A DNA stretch of 64,000 nucleotides. It comes from Paragordius varius (Eukaryota; Animalia; Nematomorpha). Positions 24,741 through 40,465 of the stretch are shown here, one piece after another (position 1 is the first letter of the stretch; each line of letters begins with the position of its first letter). A program made the translations under genes and the position numbers. The notes below the pieces were generated by a model. That model did not search any database, was not told where the DNA came from, and saw only the letters and a program-made list of their open reading frames with translations. Location: positions 9,486,001 to 9,550,000 of the forward strand of contig OZ176050.1 of NCBI GenBank assembly GCA_964247055.1, in the 5' to 3' direction.

Positions 24741-25271
24741 ATCAACTTATTTTTTTGTAGACATTGCGTAGAAATTGCCAAAAATGTTTGGGTAAATCAA
24801 GTAAAATCAATTTTAATTATAGTTACTTTTTTACTTCAGACGAATACAAATTAAGATTTTTTCACTCAAAACTCGGAGAACCAAAAAATGTTCAAGCTAA
24901 AGTTTTTATCTTTATTATGATGTGTAACATTGGGCTTTATTCTTTAGTATAGGTCTGAAGTTTATACAGAATTCAATCTAACTAACAAAAAGTAAATACA
25001 TGAATCAAAAGCTGTCAATTTTAACAATTTAAATATATATTTAACCATATATTTCAATGCAAACTTAATTTAAATAAATATGATATTAACGATAAAAAAT
25101 TATGAAAAATATTTTTCAATAATGCGCCCAAAAGTTTATTATATTAAAATTCGATATAAAAGTTTGCAATTTAATTGTGTAATATATTTATAGTATGCAC
25201 CATAAAAAGTAATAAAATTCTAAGTTCCAAAAACAAAATAAAATGTAATATGATTTAGTGCAGTTGTAAAA

Positions 25272-28200
25272 ATGAACCTCCATATCGCAGCTAATATTGA
25301 TACTGATGAAAAATCCAAACTTTCAGTCAAATTGCTCAATCTATCGGAAAAACCGAAACAAAAATTGGCTAAAAATATATTAGAAGAAGATAATTATGTG
25401 GATAAGTTATCTAAAATAATTGAACGCGATTATTTTCCGGAAATTAAGAAATATAAAAAATATATTTTGAAAGACAGACTATATGATGCTAAACTTGAAT
25501 TGGAACAAAACGGTGATGAAACTCTTCGATCATTATCACACAATATTCAAACCAACACACCATTTTCTGCTCTTACGCCCATGCCTAATGGTAAAAATAT
25601 TTATTATTTAATTTTAGATGCAAATCCGGATATTATAAAACAAAATAATAGTGATTCAATAATAGATAATCTCACACTAACAAAGTTTTTAGAAAAATAT
25701 ACTAGTGAAGATAATGCATCTTTTAGCGATATATTAGAGAGGACACAGCGTTTACGGCGTATAAAATATCCCTGGTTATATAATAATCCAAATAACGCCC
25801 TTCCTAATTCAGAAGTTACATCCCATCTGGCCATTGATTACCATGAATTAAAGGCTATAATAAATGACGCAGTTGAACTCACGGAAGAAGAACGTCTTAA
25901 AGCATTAACAACTGTTTCTCACCTTGATCTCTTGGCACCAGATGCCAATAAAAACAAAATCGATCCTAATACTCAATCATATAATCAATGCACTGTCGTT
26001 TTAGCGAATACACGCATGGAGCGAAGGCCATGTGATACCAGCCAACTTTTGAGTAAAAAAGCTTTGGCCCGTATAGTTACAGGCCAATTCAATGGAATAC
26101 ACGTGGGAAAGATTGGTAATTACAACCTTAGTATATTTATATTACTCATTCAATATATCTTCTATTTTAATCAAAGATCTGAGTTTAATCATTATCTTTT
26201 AGTGCTAGTAATATAATTAATAGTGTGGTTTTAATCGTGTTTTTAAAGTTATACAACTAATATTCTTCTTAGGCCCCGATGGTAAAGAAATTTTATCTAC
26301 GTCAGCTCTGGCAGCTAAACCCATCCTTGAAGGCAAAAGTATGGGTTCGGGTAATGAAACATCATCTATGACCATTTCCGGATATGATTCTCAACTACAA
26401 CAACAACAACAAGCCCAAAATAATGGGCGCTATAATTTAATTCCACAAACACTTGATGTTAGTTTTGGTGGGGATGGTGGCGAAACGCCCCTTATGACGT
26501 GGGGAGCCATTCAAGCACTCCTCAGATTCACGATGCCGCAGGCGGAAAGGATAGAGACGAATTTTTGCGTGAACGCTCTCCCTTTCCTAGCCACCGTTGA
26601 GTGGGGGGTTCCACTATCAAGGGTTCTCTCATGCAGGTATGTATGTTANNNNNNNNNNNNNNNNNNNNNNNNNNNNNNNNNNNNNNNNNNNNNNNNNNNN
26701 NNNNNNNNNNNNNNNNNNNNNNNNNNNNNNNNNNNNNNNNNNNNNNNNNNNNNNNNNNNNNNNNNNNNNNNNNNNNNNNNNNNNNNNNNNNNNNNNNNNN
26801 NNNNNNNNNNNNNNNNNNNNNNNNNNNNNNNNNNNNNNNNNNNNNNNNCAACTAATATTCTTCTTAGGCCCCGATGGTAAGAAATTTTATCTACGTCAGC
26901 ATGCAGCTAAACCCATCTTGAAGGCAAAAAGTATGGTTCGGGTAATGAAACATCATCTATGACCATTTCCGGATATGATTCTCAACAACCAACAACAACA
27001 ACAAGCCCAAAATAATGGGCGCTATAATTTAATTCCACAAACACCTGATGTTAGTTTTGGTGGGGATGGTGGCGAAACGCCCCTTATGACGTGGGGAGCC
27101 ATTCAAGCCACTCCTCAGATTCACGATGCCGCAGGCGGAAAGGATAGAGACGAATTTTTGCGTGACGCTCTCCCTTTCCTAGCCACCGTGAGTGGGGGTT
27201 CCACTATCAAGGGTTTCTCTATGCCAGGTATGTATGTTATAATATAGGTATCATTCTTTTTTGGCGATTCGTAATAATTTATTTTGAGGTGCATTTAATG
27301 TTGGTTTTCCTAATACTATCAGGAGATTTTTATGCCAAATATATATGCATGTTTGGATATGTTTGAGGGTATAGATAGTTATCGAAGCCATTATTGGTGA
27401 TATTGGTGTTTTAATTGGCCAAAATGGCAATCAAATTACCCGATTAACATAAATAGATATTTCAATTTTTACTTTCGGATTTCAAAATTGCAGATAAAAA
27501 ATGCAGTGTTCAATATATAAATAACAACAATGAAAAATCTCATACATGCCAACAAACATGCATATTAAATACCCTATAAGCCAAATGTAACATTTAAATG
27601 ACTACCAATTATAGTGTATATACATCAAAAAAATTAAAATTATAAACAAAACTTAAAAACTAAGGACATACTTTTTTTTATAAAAAAGACAATAATTTTA
27701 ATCCTTGATTTTTTTCCCATTTAACCCAAATTACATAGTTAAATATATAATTCAGTGTACTACCAATTTATATCTTCTTTCTTTATTTTAAATAGGCTGT
27801 AATTTAAAATGAGTTTTGATAACATGGTTGTCTTTTAAAAAATAAATTTTACTTAAGTCGTATTAATTTGGGTTTGAAGAGAGATTATAAATAGTATAAA
27901 TAAGGTTGGATCCCAAACGCTTACGAAAGCCTTCAATGACTCTGACCGCTTATATATATGTAGACTTATGGTAATATTAAACTTTCAAATCGGTTGTTTT
28001 TGTTTAATGTTGGATTTTTTATTAATTGTCATCCATATAATATTTAAATTAAAAATCAATTTAAATGGTTAACATAGTTTAGTTTGTGATAGGTAATGTT
28101 GCATAATTATATATCGAATATTGGATATATAGGAATGTTTTTAAAATTTTTATACTTTGTAACTTGTAATATACATTTGAAAGATATGTATGTTTAGGCT

Positions 28201-29855
28201 ATGCAAGCCTAACTAATATAGTAATCGGTTTTTGGTGTGTTTATATTTTAAAGTCTGTTTTGAAATATATGGGTGTTTATTTTAAATCCTTATAAACAAT
28301 TTTATTTATAGCTTATTTTTTGGTCACGCTTTTTTAAATTTTTCATATCATATTTTATAGTATCCTTATTTGAATACCTTGATTATGCATTAAATATTAA
28401 AATTTATCTTGTATTTTAAAAATCAACATAAAACCCATTTTTTTATCTATATTATTAGTTATAATTTAAGAACTTTATCTATTTGAGAACAGATAGACCT
28501 TTTTTCTCTGTTTTTTAGGATAACTAATAGAATTTTTTATCAATATTTCAATGAATTTCATGTATATAAATATGTTTTATATTAATAACCAAATTACTTT
28601 GATGAATTTTAATGATAAATTTACCTTTTTTGTGCTAAAATGATTTACAGTTTTTGGTAAATAGTATTTTTGTACGGTTTACACTCCAAATCAATTAGGC
28701 CTTTTACAAAATGGAATTATCGGATTTTCGTTTGGGAATATAGCATTTTTTATAATATTAAATGGTTTTTATATAAAATAGCCTGTGTTCTCTGTCGTCC
28801 AAATATTTTTGAATACGTTCAATACACCCCAAAAAATGCCTTATTTATTATGATACTCTAAACCACGAATGTTTAACACAATCTGCAGTCAGCATTTTTT
28901 CTCAAAAATCCCGGTGGGCTATATTCCAAATATACATGGGCATTAATAAATATCTTATTAAATTTCAAACATAAGGCTGTTTAATGCAAACATAATATTA
29001 TTTTTGGTTTATTGCCATGTTAAAAATTGTTTAAGAAATATTTAGTTAGATTTCGTGAGCATATAATTGCAAAATATGAATATCCAAATTCGTGGGCCGC
29101 ACACAATGTCTCGGGCTGCAGGCCGTGTATTGAACACCCCTACTCTAAACTTCTGACATTTACGCCTAACCTATTGTTTTGTTAAATCAATCATATATTT
29201 AACCCTCTTGAAAATGAACATATCAAAACTGATAAATACTTAAATATTTTGGCATTTACCTGGATTTGTTTTTTAAAAATATATTTTCCAAATAAAAATG
29301 GTTGATTTACAATTTAGTACCAGTTTTATAGAATATAAGCTGTTAGCATTTAACTTTAAATATTATTTTTTAACCATACATATATTATCTCCAGAAATAT
29401 CGTCAAAAGAAAAAACTGCCCAAAAATTGAAAGAAAAATTATCTAAACGCACCAAGGATGAAAAAACTAAAGCTCTTCGACACCAAGCACGGTTGCTCAC
29501 ACCGGCCGGTCAGTTAAGCCTAAATTCACCATTTTACAATCCATACAATCGTACACCGGGTAGTATTCAGGCTAGGTATAACAATCTTTCACCCGCAGGC
29601 CATAGACTCCTTACCAATAATAATTTACGGCTACCCTCTATCATGATGAAAACTTCTTCTATCCTTCTATCTTCACGTAAGAAAAAATCAAAAGATTACA
29701 TAGCATCAGGCACTGGGGCTGCTAAAAAGGCAAAAAGAAATTACGGTGTCGATAAAAGCACAGCTCCTAATGATAACCCTCTGGCTATGGATGAAAATGT
29801 CTTGGCTGTTCATCAAGCCATAACAGATAATTTATTGCGATTACCTGAAGTTTAA
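25272..29855 (+). CDS. ESS2: Splicing factor ESS-2 homolog (DGCR14)
   Basis: Exons 25272-26115 (possibly containing a 27-nt intron at 25591-25617); middle exon present twice (starting 26273 before the gap, ending 27227 after it); last exon 29395-29855. Motifs ILEEDNYVDKLSKIIERDYFP, FLEKYTSEDNASF, GKIG|PDGKE, ETPLMTWG, ITDNLLRLP match the ESS2 family. Confidence 0.9.
26649..26848. other. 200-N scaffold gap flanked by an overlapping (falsely duplicated) ~400-bp segment
   Basis: 26255-26648 and 26849-27240 are the same sequence. Indels lie in the part of each copy nearest the gap. Confidence 0.85.
28864..29142. mobile_element. Degenerate hAT (Buster-type) MITE in the last ESS2 intron
   Basis: 8-bp TSD CTCTAAAC at 28856-28863 and 29143-29150; ends CACGAATGTTTAACAC and (revcomp) TAGGGGTGTTCAATAC; related to the 12236-12532 MITE. 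Confidence 0.7.
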
Positions 29856-30765
29856 TTTATATAAATAAAAGTATGTATTATTAAAAATTTAAATAAATGT
29901 ACTCATATAAAATTACATTTTCTTTGAATTTATTCCAATGGTATTTAAAGCGCAATCTTAGGGGCGCATGCGGCCTTATATTTGATGTCCCTGAATTTTC
30001 CATTTCATTATGGTGCTTATTTAAAATATAGATATCTGCATATATCTTTTCAGCTATGGGATATTTGTCTCTGTAATATATGTTACAAGGCCCTTCAAAC
30101 AACAAAATTATTTTATTAGGTCCTTTAAAATTTTTTGGTGAGCATCACTGAACTATTGTTTATATTATATCCTTCTGTTACTTTTATGAATAGGCAAACT
30201 TATGATTTAACTGCCAATGATAAATCCCTCGGAATCGTTGATAACGCTTATTTCTAATTAATTTTTAAAATTTCATGATTGAAAAGTAATTATTTTTTAA
30301 ACTTAAATTTGGTTAATTTAAGGCCTTGGAAGCAAATCATCACATATATATCAAATATAATATTGCATATTTTTTATATCTTTATTGTTGTATTAAGATG
30401 TTGACTAGATACTGAAAAAGATTTAAACATTTCACACAATAATAAATTATAAAGTATAATAAACTGTTAATTATAGATTGCATTCTTGTAATAATTGTTT
30501 AACATTAATATAATAAATGAGTTATAGCATTGTGTTTAAACAGTATAATGGCCTTAATTGTTTTGAAATGCATTTTTAATTTTATACATCAAATATTAGT
30601 GGTCAAATTGAATTAAAAAATTTAATAAATAACATGAATGTACATCAATATAATGATTATAAATACTTTACTCATTAAAACTTTTTCGGAATGTCAACTT
30701 ACATAGTATGTAAAGTGGAAAATACAGTTAGTTTCAAAGAATATTTTTTAGCTCAAAACAAAATG

Positions 30766-31599
30766 TCAAATATGCCTTGTATTACCAAATATCATGCCCC
30801 GTTGACTAGCACCTTTGTTTGTCCCATATTGGAGAGATAGGACAGTATCTCCTGCTTTCATTTGTTCACGCGTCCATTCTCGTTTTTCTCCGCGTGATTC
30901 TTTCACCCCAAACCCTTTTAGACCTGAAATGTCATGAGCCTAACAACACCACAACAAAATTCAATATCAAGAATAGTTTAAAAAAATTCTAGCGAAAAAA
31001 TGAATATTTACAATACATTTTCTCATATGGTTTAACTATAAATTTCCTATAAAAAATATATTTATCTTACCTTGCGACCCAAAGAAAGCAGGCAACATAG
31101 AACCCCATATAAATTGGTACCTTCGACCAATTCTGTCGTTTGAAACGTTTCTTGATCTGGAACACCCAAATTTTTTGCAACTTTAAGGAAGGAATCAATA
31201 TTGGCCATATAATGAAACGGGGAGCCTTCTTCGACTATTTTGGGAATAGCGTTTGGGCTTAATATATTAGCTAGCCTAAGTTAAAAAATACATAGACTAA
31301 TTATTAAAATTTATTATATAAATCAAAAAATACTATGATTTAATTATATTATTTAAGATTTAAAAAGCTAAATGACTCAAATATTTACTTGCATAAAATA
31401 ACTCCGTCTTTTAAAGTATTATGAAATGCCTCTTTTTCACCAGACGTATTAAAATCTTCGTCAATCATTTCGGAAACCCATAACAATACATCACTAGCCA
31501 ACGTATCGTCATATTTACTTTGTAACTAACGTTATTTTGTATAATTACTTTTTTGTCCTCTTCAGCGGCCAAGCCAGATTTAGAAGGCCGATTCGCCAT
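30766..31599 (-). CDS. Transgelin/myophilin/MP20-like calponin-homology protein (188 aa)
   Basis: Exons (minus) 31599-31549, 31525-31389, 31275-31071, 30939-30766; introns 23, 113, 131 nt. MANRPSKSGLAAE..., CH domain (TLKDGVILCKLAN, FQTTELVEG), C-terminal calponin repeat LQYGTNKGASQRGMIFGNTRHI. Confidence 0.92.
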
Positions 31600-32542
31600 A
31601 GAATTTGAATTTAAATTTTGAATTAAGTATGCCTTGACGAGTGTGCAAAAAGCATGTGTTAAGTCAATTTTATCGGAATGTATTTTGTGAAAGGCATAAT
31701 TGGATTTTAGGGAAAAGATATATAAGCAATGATTATTAACGTTTGTAAAATTTATAGATAGGATTTTAACGATTATAATTTGCGCAAAATCGGGCTATAT
31801 AAAAAAATTTCTGATAAATTATATATATTCTGATAAATATAAATATTATAATTATTGTGCTTTTGGTAAGTGATATATATATTGGTAGAAAAATATATCA
31901 AGATTATCATGTTGCTTGTGGTTTTGGAATGATTTAAGAAAGCTATTTACTTTGTGCTAAGTTCTTCATATCAAAAAAATCAAATAAAAATATTATACTG
32001 CTTTTATTTCAAGTTTATAATATTTTTGATATTTTTGGAATGAAGCATGGCTTACACCAAAAATATTTTATCAAAAAAATGTGCGCAAATTTAGCCATTT
32101 TTTATATGGAGCACTTACCATAAAAGTGTAAAAAATTTTTTTAAATCACTTCTAGGGTCAAAACCAAAAGCACAGTGATAATCCTGATTTACCCTATATA
32201 TATATATATATATATATCTTCAGAATATGTTTTGACTGTGTATACGAGAAAATGTCAAAATCCGCTCACAGTTTATTTAAATTTTTAGGTCAAAGCAAAA
32301 TTTTTCAATCCGAAAAATTAATATATACATATACATATTTTTTAAATTTAATTAGTAGGCTTCAAAATCTCAAATTTTTGGATCCCTCCAAAATGGGCTA
32401 GTTATCTTAAAATAAACGCTACAATTCCGTAATTTGATAGAAAAAATTTTATATATGATAGATAAAGTTATAAAAATTTAATTATTATAAAGTTTTGTTA
32501 ACGTCTTTTTGAAAATATTTTGCATGATGCAAAAGTTATTAA

Positions 32543-33095
32543 CACTTCGATTCAAATTGGGGTATCTAAATACCCCAGACTAAATTTAAATTAAAATTTT
32601 TAAAAAACTACTGAAGGAAACGGTCCCAATTTAAATTTATGCTTCTATCCTGATAAATGTTATATAAATATGCCAAAATATCTTGATAAAATTTTGTTTT
32701 GAAAAACGTTCCATCTCAAACTACTTCGACGCCATTTTTATTTTAAAAATTTTTTTCAAAATATCGTCTTCATGTAATTTTAAGGGTAAAACTAAAGCTT
32801 ATTTTTTATATAAATTACATCTAACATTGATAGAAATAGAAAAAGCGGTTTGTTTTGTATTATTTTTTAATTTTGCAATTTGACACATGTCAGGTTGACT
32901 AAATTTTTACCATTAAATTTTAGCTCAAAATAAGTAATATCAAGTATTTTTGAATAATTTTTTTTATATATTTCGGTTTATTAATGTTATATAAGTGCAA
33001 AATTTTGCCATGGTTTCGATTGCTTTCCTACTTTTTAAAGTATTTGATTTTAAACAGGCCTGGGGTATCCAACTACCCCAATCTGAATCGAAGGA
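32543..33095 (+). mobile_element. piggyBac-like MITE (553 bp)
   Basis: TTAA|CACTTCGATTCAAATTGGGGTATCTAAATACCCCAG at the left; inverted CCTGGGGTATCCAACTACCCCAATCTGAATCGAAGGA|CTAA at the right. The same ends occur at 22.5-23.1 kb and 40.5-42.2 kb. Confidence 0.7.
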
Positions 33096-33526
33096 CTAAA
33101 ATGAGTGTGTTGTATCCAAGTGTTAAAACGCTTTTAAATACACTTTTCCATATAATTTGACACATTTCTATTATCTCAGAATAGTTAATAATTTGTTCAT
33201 TGTCAAATTACTTTTTTTGTGAAATACCTATTTTTGATTAAACTAAAATCTAATAACGAATTTTTTTAAGCGGAATTTTGAGGTATTACCATTAAAATTT
33301 ATATAAACATTTTTTATATATTTTAACTGTTTAAAGACAGTTAACACTATGCGAAATACAATAAAATACGGCATTGAGAGTTTATTAAAAATTAATAAAT
33401 TTTAATAGCAAAATATCGCGATCTATGTGTTTATTTTTGATTTCCATTAAAGAGGTAAATTTCACAATTCGGAAACCACGTTTAAATATAATAAGTTGTT
33501 TTGCTTTATATATATATAAAGTAAAT

Positions 33527-35415
33527 GGGGGGCTATTTGAAAAAAGGGACAATAAAATGATCCATATATGTGGATTATTTCGAAACATTATTTTATAGCT
33601 ATGATCTCATAAGATTTTCAAAAGGGTGCATTCATACAAATATATTGTTTACTAATGTAAAGGCCCCAAATTGACGGCTAACGGAAAAAACCGCTATTAT
33701 TTTCACCTTTTATGGGTAATATTAAAGGCCTTATGCAATTTGTATGGCTTCTTAAGTTTTTTGTAAATTAGCTCCAAAGACACGCCATTTTTATATGTCG
33801 TCTCAGTTTTAAACCGGTAGACCCCTACCCAAAGGTCTATATGGAAAAAGCGCTAAGTTAAAATTTTACCTTTTTAGGGAAAATATTTTCAATCATCTTT
33901 GAGACCATCGTCTCATAGGTTATTCGAAAAAATACCTCAACACTAAATAATCGTTATGGCGTATGTCTAGGGCATAAAAGCCCCAAATTAACGGCTTAAG
34001 GCCTGACCTTAATTTTTATCTAGTTACGGGTAATATTTCGACCTCTAAATGAGCTCATATGGCATATGTTTTATATTAGTTCCAAAATAAAATATAGTGG
34101 CAGTTTTTGGCGGGTAGCTTCTTACCCAAAGGCAGGTAAAAAAGCGCCGAGCAAAATTTTTGTCTTTATATGGGGAATATCCGAAATTATAATGACCATA
34201 TGTTCCTATAGGTTCTTGGAAATATTGCTTTGTTCTATGGCGGCGAATTTTTCAGGGCTAAAACATTTCTTAGCGACTTATTGAAATAACCCCCTATACT
34301 AAAATATTTGTTTTTTAAGGGGTAATAAATATTTTAGACCCTTATTGAATTCACATAGTCTCATAAGTTATCTGAAACTTGCCTCCAAAGGCATGCTGTA
34401 CCGATATAGTCAACATTTAGGCCGCCAGCTCCCTTACCCAAAGCCTATTTAACCGCTAATCTAAAAAATCCGCTCGCCTTAAGTTTTTGCCTTTTAACGG
34501 GTAACATTTTAGGCTATATAAAACTTATATGGCCTGATTTCTGAAAATTAACTTCTAAACAACGCAATTTTGATATGGTGACGCAGTTTTAGTCGGGTAG
34601 CTCCCTACCCAGAAGCCAATAAAAAAAGACGTTCGATAATATTTTTTGCCTTTATATGGGAATACCTGGAATCATGATTGATTCTATACGCCTCATTAGT
34701 TTTTGGAAAAATTTCTTCATAATTAAAAATTATTCTATGCTGGTGCATTTTTCAGGGCAAGGGACTAAATAACGGAAACAGCACGATCTAATTTTTGCCT
34801 TGTTGTGGGTAATACTTTAAGCAACTATTGAACTCATATAGCCTGATAGGTTTTTTGATATTTAGGCCCAACACTCTATTTCGATAGGACGTGTCAGTTT
34901 TCAGTGGTTATTCCCCTACCCAGCAGCTATCCTCAAAGAAACGCTTGACTAAAATTTTTGCCTTTTAACAGTGAATACCTGGCTGAATTTTTACGGTTTA
35001 ATACTTTGGGCAAAAAATAGATATAAAAAATTATTTTTGTGGACATATTTTTTTTGAAAAAAAGTGGCATTTTACGGGGGGAGCGGGTAAAAAAGGGCCT
35101 AAATTAAAAAAGCGAGCCGACTATGTTCGGCGCAATTGAAAAAAAGTAAATAAAATCATATTTGAAATCGAATGGTCCAACTCGTTTTCCGGTAAAGTCT
35201 CAAAGACACGATTTTTGTGGCCTTCTGTTTTCGAAAAAAACCGTCTTTTACACGGGGTGGGTCCCAACTAGGGGCCTAATTTTAAAAAGGGGCCAAGCTA
35301 TTGTCGGGGCATTCATTAATGATTATGTATTTTCGACATTTGGATTCGAATGGGTCTACCGGTTTTCCGGAAATAGATCACAAAGCCAGCATTTTCCATT
35401 TTTATAATATATAGA
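33527..35415 (-). mobile_element. Non-autonomous Helitron, copy C, 3'-truncated at the G tract
   Basis: 5' end A|TCTATATATTATAAAAATGG at 35415; collinear with copy A; similarity stops at GGGGGGCTATTTG (33527), hairpins and CTAG absent. Confidence 0.85.
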
Positions 35416-36369
35416 TTATGATATATTTTAGCAAACCTTTTTTGAAATGATGCATTTAGCCTATACCAAAATAATTTTATCGCCAAAATGTGCCCAAGTT
35501 ATTTTTGATATGGAGCAGTTAACACAAAAGCGGTATTTCTTATGACTTCTAAGGCTCGAAAACCAAGAGCCCCACGAGAACCCTGATATAATTATCTATC
35601 ATAACATATATAATTCAATTTTTGTGCACATCTACACATCTTTTTATTACTGTAGAATGAGAGCTTAAAGACTCTTTATGAGGCCCATTTGAAATTGGAA
35701 TTTTTTGATCATTTAAAATCCGCCAAGGGTGATCAAGCCTTTTTTAATTCATATCAGCTTTGCCTCAACCCATGTAAATAGGATCCCACATTTTGAGCCA
35801 AAAATTGTTAGGGCCATACAGTTTTAATAATGAATTTTTTTCATTTTAAGGATTGCTTCAAATTTAAATGAGCCTTTTAATTAAATACTGGTTAGCCCCA
35901 CCCTCTTATGGAAATGGGTTTTTTGAATAATTATTGGCTTTAGCGAATTCCGGAAAATGTGAAGCCTTTTAAAATTTAATAAGATATTTTTTAATTGTTT
36001 CAGAAATTCGCAGAGTTATTAATAAGCATTTTAGTTCAGCGCCCCATCACCCGTGTGAACATCGGAGTTTTTTTCTAAAAAAGTCAGTTTTTGGAAAACG
36101 AGTAAGCCGAATCGATTTCAAAAGTGGAATTTCGGCCTTTATTAATGCGCCGTTATGTATTTGTCCTCGATTTAACCATACACAACTCGTGTAAATACGA
36201 GTTTTCGAATAGTGTCCAATTCGAGATCAATATCTTTTTATTTTTATAAATGCACCGAGGGACTGAGTCACTGCTGTAGAGAAATGTTGGTGAGCATGAT
36301 GAGTATCAAGTCATGTTTTCTCCAATTTCTAAAAAATTCATGATAATCAATACGCAGTCAATTTAATTA

Positions 36370-36630
36370 TTTTAACCAGTTTACTAAACATACGGCTTTC
36401 ACATTAAATTCATCCTTAATCCGCCATTCGACGTTGCTCTTTGTATTTGTCGGCGGGCAAGAGCATCAGTTTTAATTGAGTTTTCACCAATAGCTGAAAA
36501 CTTAACGATAATCACACAGTGAATACCCTATTGATTTTAACCAGCTTATTAAACATAGAGCTACATAAAATTCATCCTTAATTACTCATTGAATGCTGCT
36601 CCTTATACTGAGGCGGATACGAGTATTAAG
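36370..36630. repeat. Diverged direct repeat, ~165-bp period, 2 units
   Basis: TTTTAACCAG..TAAACAT....AAATTCATCCTTAAT at 36370 and 36535. Confidence 0.65.
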
Positions 36631-36789
36631 TCCCAAATACAGAATTTGCTCTTAAACATTAGTAATAAACAAAACTAATTTTTGTTTAAATAATAATTTG
36701 AATTCTCGTAAAATTTATTGAACTATATTCGAGATATTCGATACATGGTAGTATCTTCAAAGAAATTAAGTTTGCTAAAATCACGTCGA

Positions 36790-36900
36790 GAACTTAAAAA
36801 CGAATGCACCGTATATCACAAGGAATGTAATGATTGTCCATCGCACTACATCGGACAATCCAAATAACTATTACCAAAATACGGGATACACCTTCGCCCC
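36790..36900 (+). mobile_element. Penelope-like GIY-YIG endonuclease relic
   Basis: Translation ELKNECTVYHKECNDCPSHYIGQSK* matches the Penelope motif VY.I.C..C...YIGQT. Confidence 0.65.
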
Positions 36901-38280
36901 AGCATCCATTATAAAACAAGCCAAGTTATCTTGAAGGCTTGTTACACCCATTCAAATAAGGAAACTTATTGACAGAAGAGAAGAAAGATTAGATTTAAAT
37001 AACGTAACCAAAGCGTTTCAAAAAGTAACAAATTATTTCAAAATATTTACAAATCTATGTAAAAAAAAGAGAAAGAAAGCCACCTGGACATTGACACATT
37101 TTATATTTTTCGTCATATTCTATAATTATTTATATTTTGTATTAATTATATTTTATCAATATTATTTCTTGTTATTTCATTTTTCCATTTAAAAAGAAAC
37201 TATTATGTATCAAAAATTTTGCATATAGTTAATTTTGATAAATTTTACGAGAATTGAATATATTATTAACATAAAATATTGGTTCTCGTTGACAATTTAA
37301 CTAATTTTTTTGTTTTATCAAATTTAACCGAATAAACTTATTTTATATTATTAATTTCACCATTGACTTTCAAGCTTTCTTATAATTAAATGCACTCTAT
37401 GTATCATAATCTTATCACCATTTCCGCGAGATGCAAAGATTTTATTTTATAATTTAATGTTTACAAAGATTATCTTTACAAAATAAATATATATTGCGAA
37501 AGTAGTTTTGGATATTAATAAAATAATCTTTACGGTGAGTGTAAAATTAAGGAACGAGTTTTGAAAGATTTTTAACAACTATGCCAATGGGTCATAAATC
37601 ATAATTTCTTTTTTTCTAAGCAAACAAATGGCAAATTGCCCAGTGTTAATAAAATTTCAATACAAACTTAAATCCTTTTCAAAATTAAAAATACAATTGA
37701 AAAAAATAATAGAGCACGAACAAATATTTTATCGTAATTTTATGTGACCCAAAAACATATTATTTTTAGGGGTATATATAAAATGTTAAAGCGTAATTTT
37801 GGGTAACATAATTGTAGGATTGATTTGTAATATATTTTAACTAAATCAAATGCATTCAAAACAATTAATGAGTTGAAATATGTCAAATTTTACCAATTTT
37901 CCATTGCCGTAAAGCATATAAAACTAATGTTATACAAATTTATATCATATGTTTACGCATAAATATGATACAAAAAAATAAAAATATCAAATCATTAAAA
38001 AATTTATTATCACAAAAAGATAATCATATAAATATATGGATTATAATTACTTTAAATGACTATAATTTGGTTAATAATTGCATACCTTTTAGTGTGTGAG
38101 CATATATTATATAAATAAACAGTTTTCATTGGAGTAAATATAAATAATTATTCAAGGTTTTTTTAATAAGGAGATACTATGAAAAATATTGTTTCTACCC
38201 AAAAGTATTATAAGGTAATACCAATGTTTACTTAACCCATTTGAAATAATTTTTGTCGTTAGTAATATTTTTAAAGCACA

Positions 38281-40211
<1,931 letters not shown>

Positions 40212-40465
40212 CTAATGAATGTATATACTAAATAATTATAGATTGCTAAGGTTTTATTAATTTTTGCATAACTTTCCAATCACTAAATTTTGGACATTTT
40301 CTCTGGATAACACTTTTTCCTATGATATGTTTATCTTTTATAAAAACAACAATTAAATATCATTTAAAAAACTATATATTTAACATTTTTGATTATATTT
40401 TCGGATGTTTTGTACCTCTCAGAGCATAAACTTAATAACACTTGGATTCAACATATTCATTTTAG

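Noticed and set aside
26273-27227. Tandem mutually exclusive ESS2 exons
   Set aside because: The copies flank a scaffold gap with complementary errors; best explained as contig overlap.
29881-30300. 74-aa ORF between ESS2 and the transgelin-like gene
   Set aside because: No homology recognised and no phase-consistent upstream exon found; left unannotated pending RNA data.
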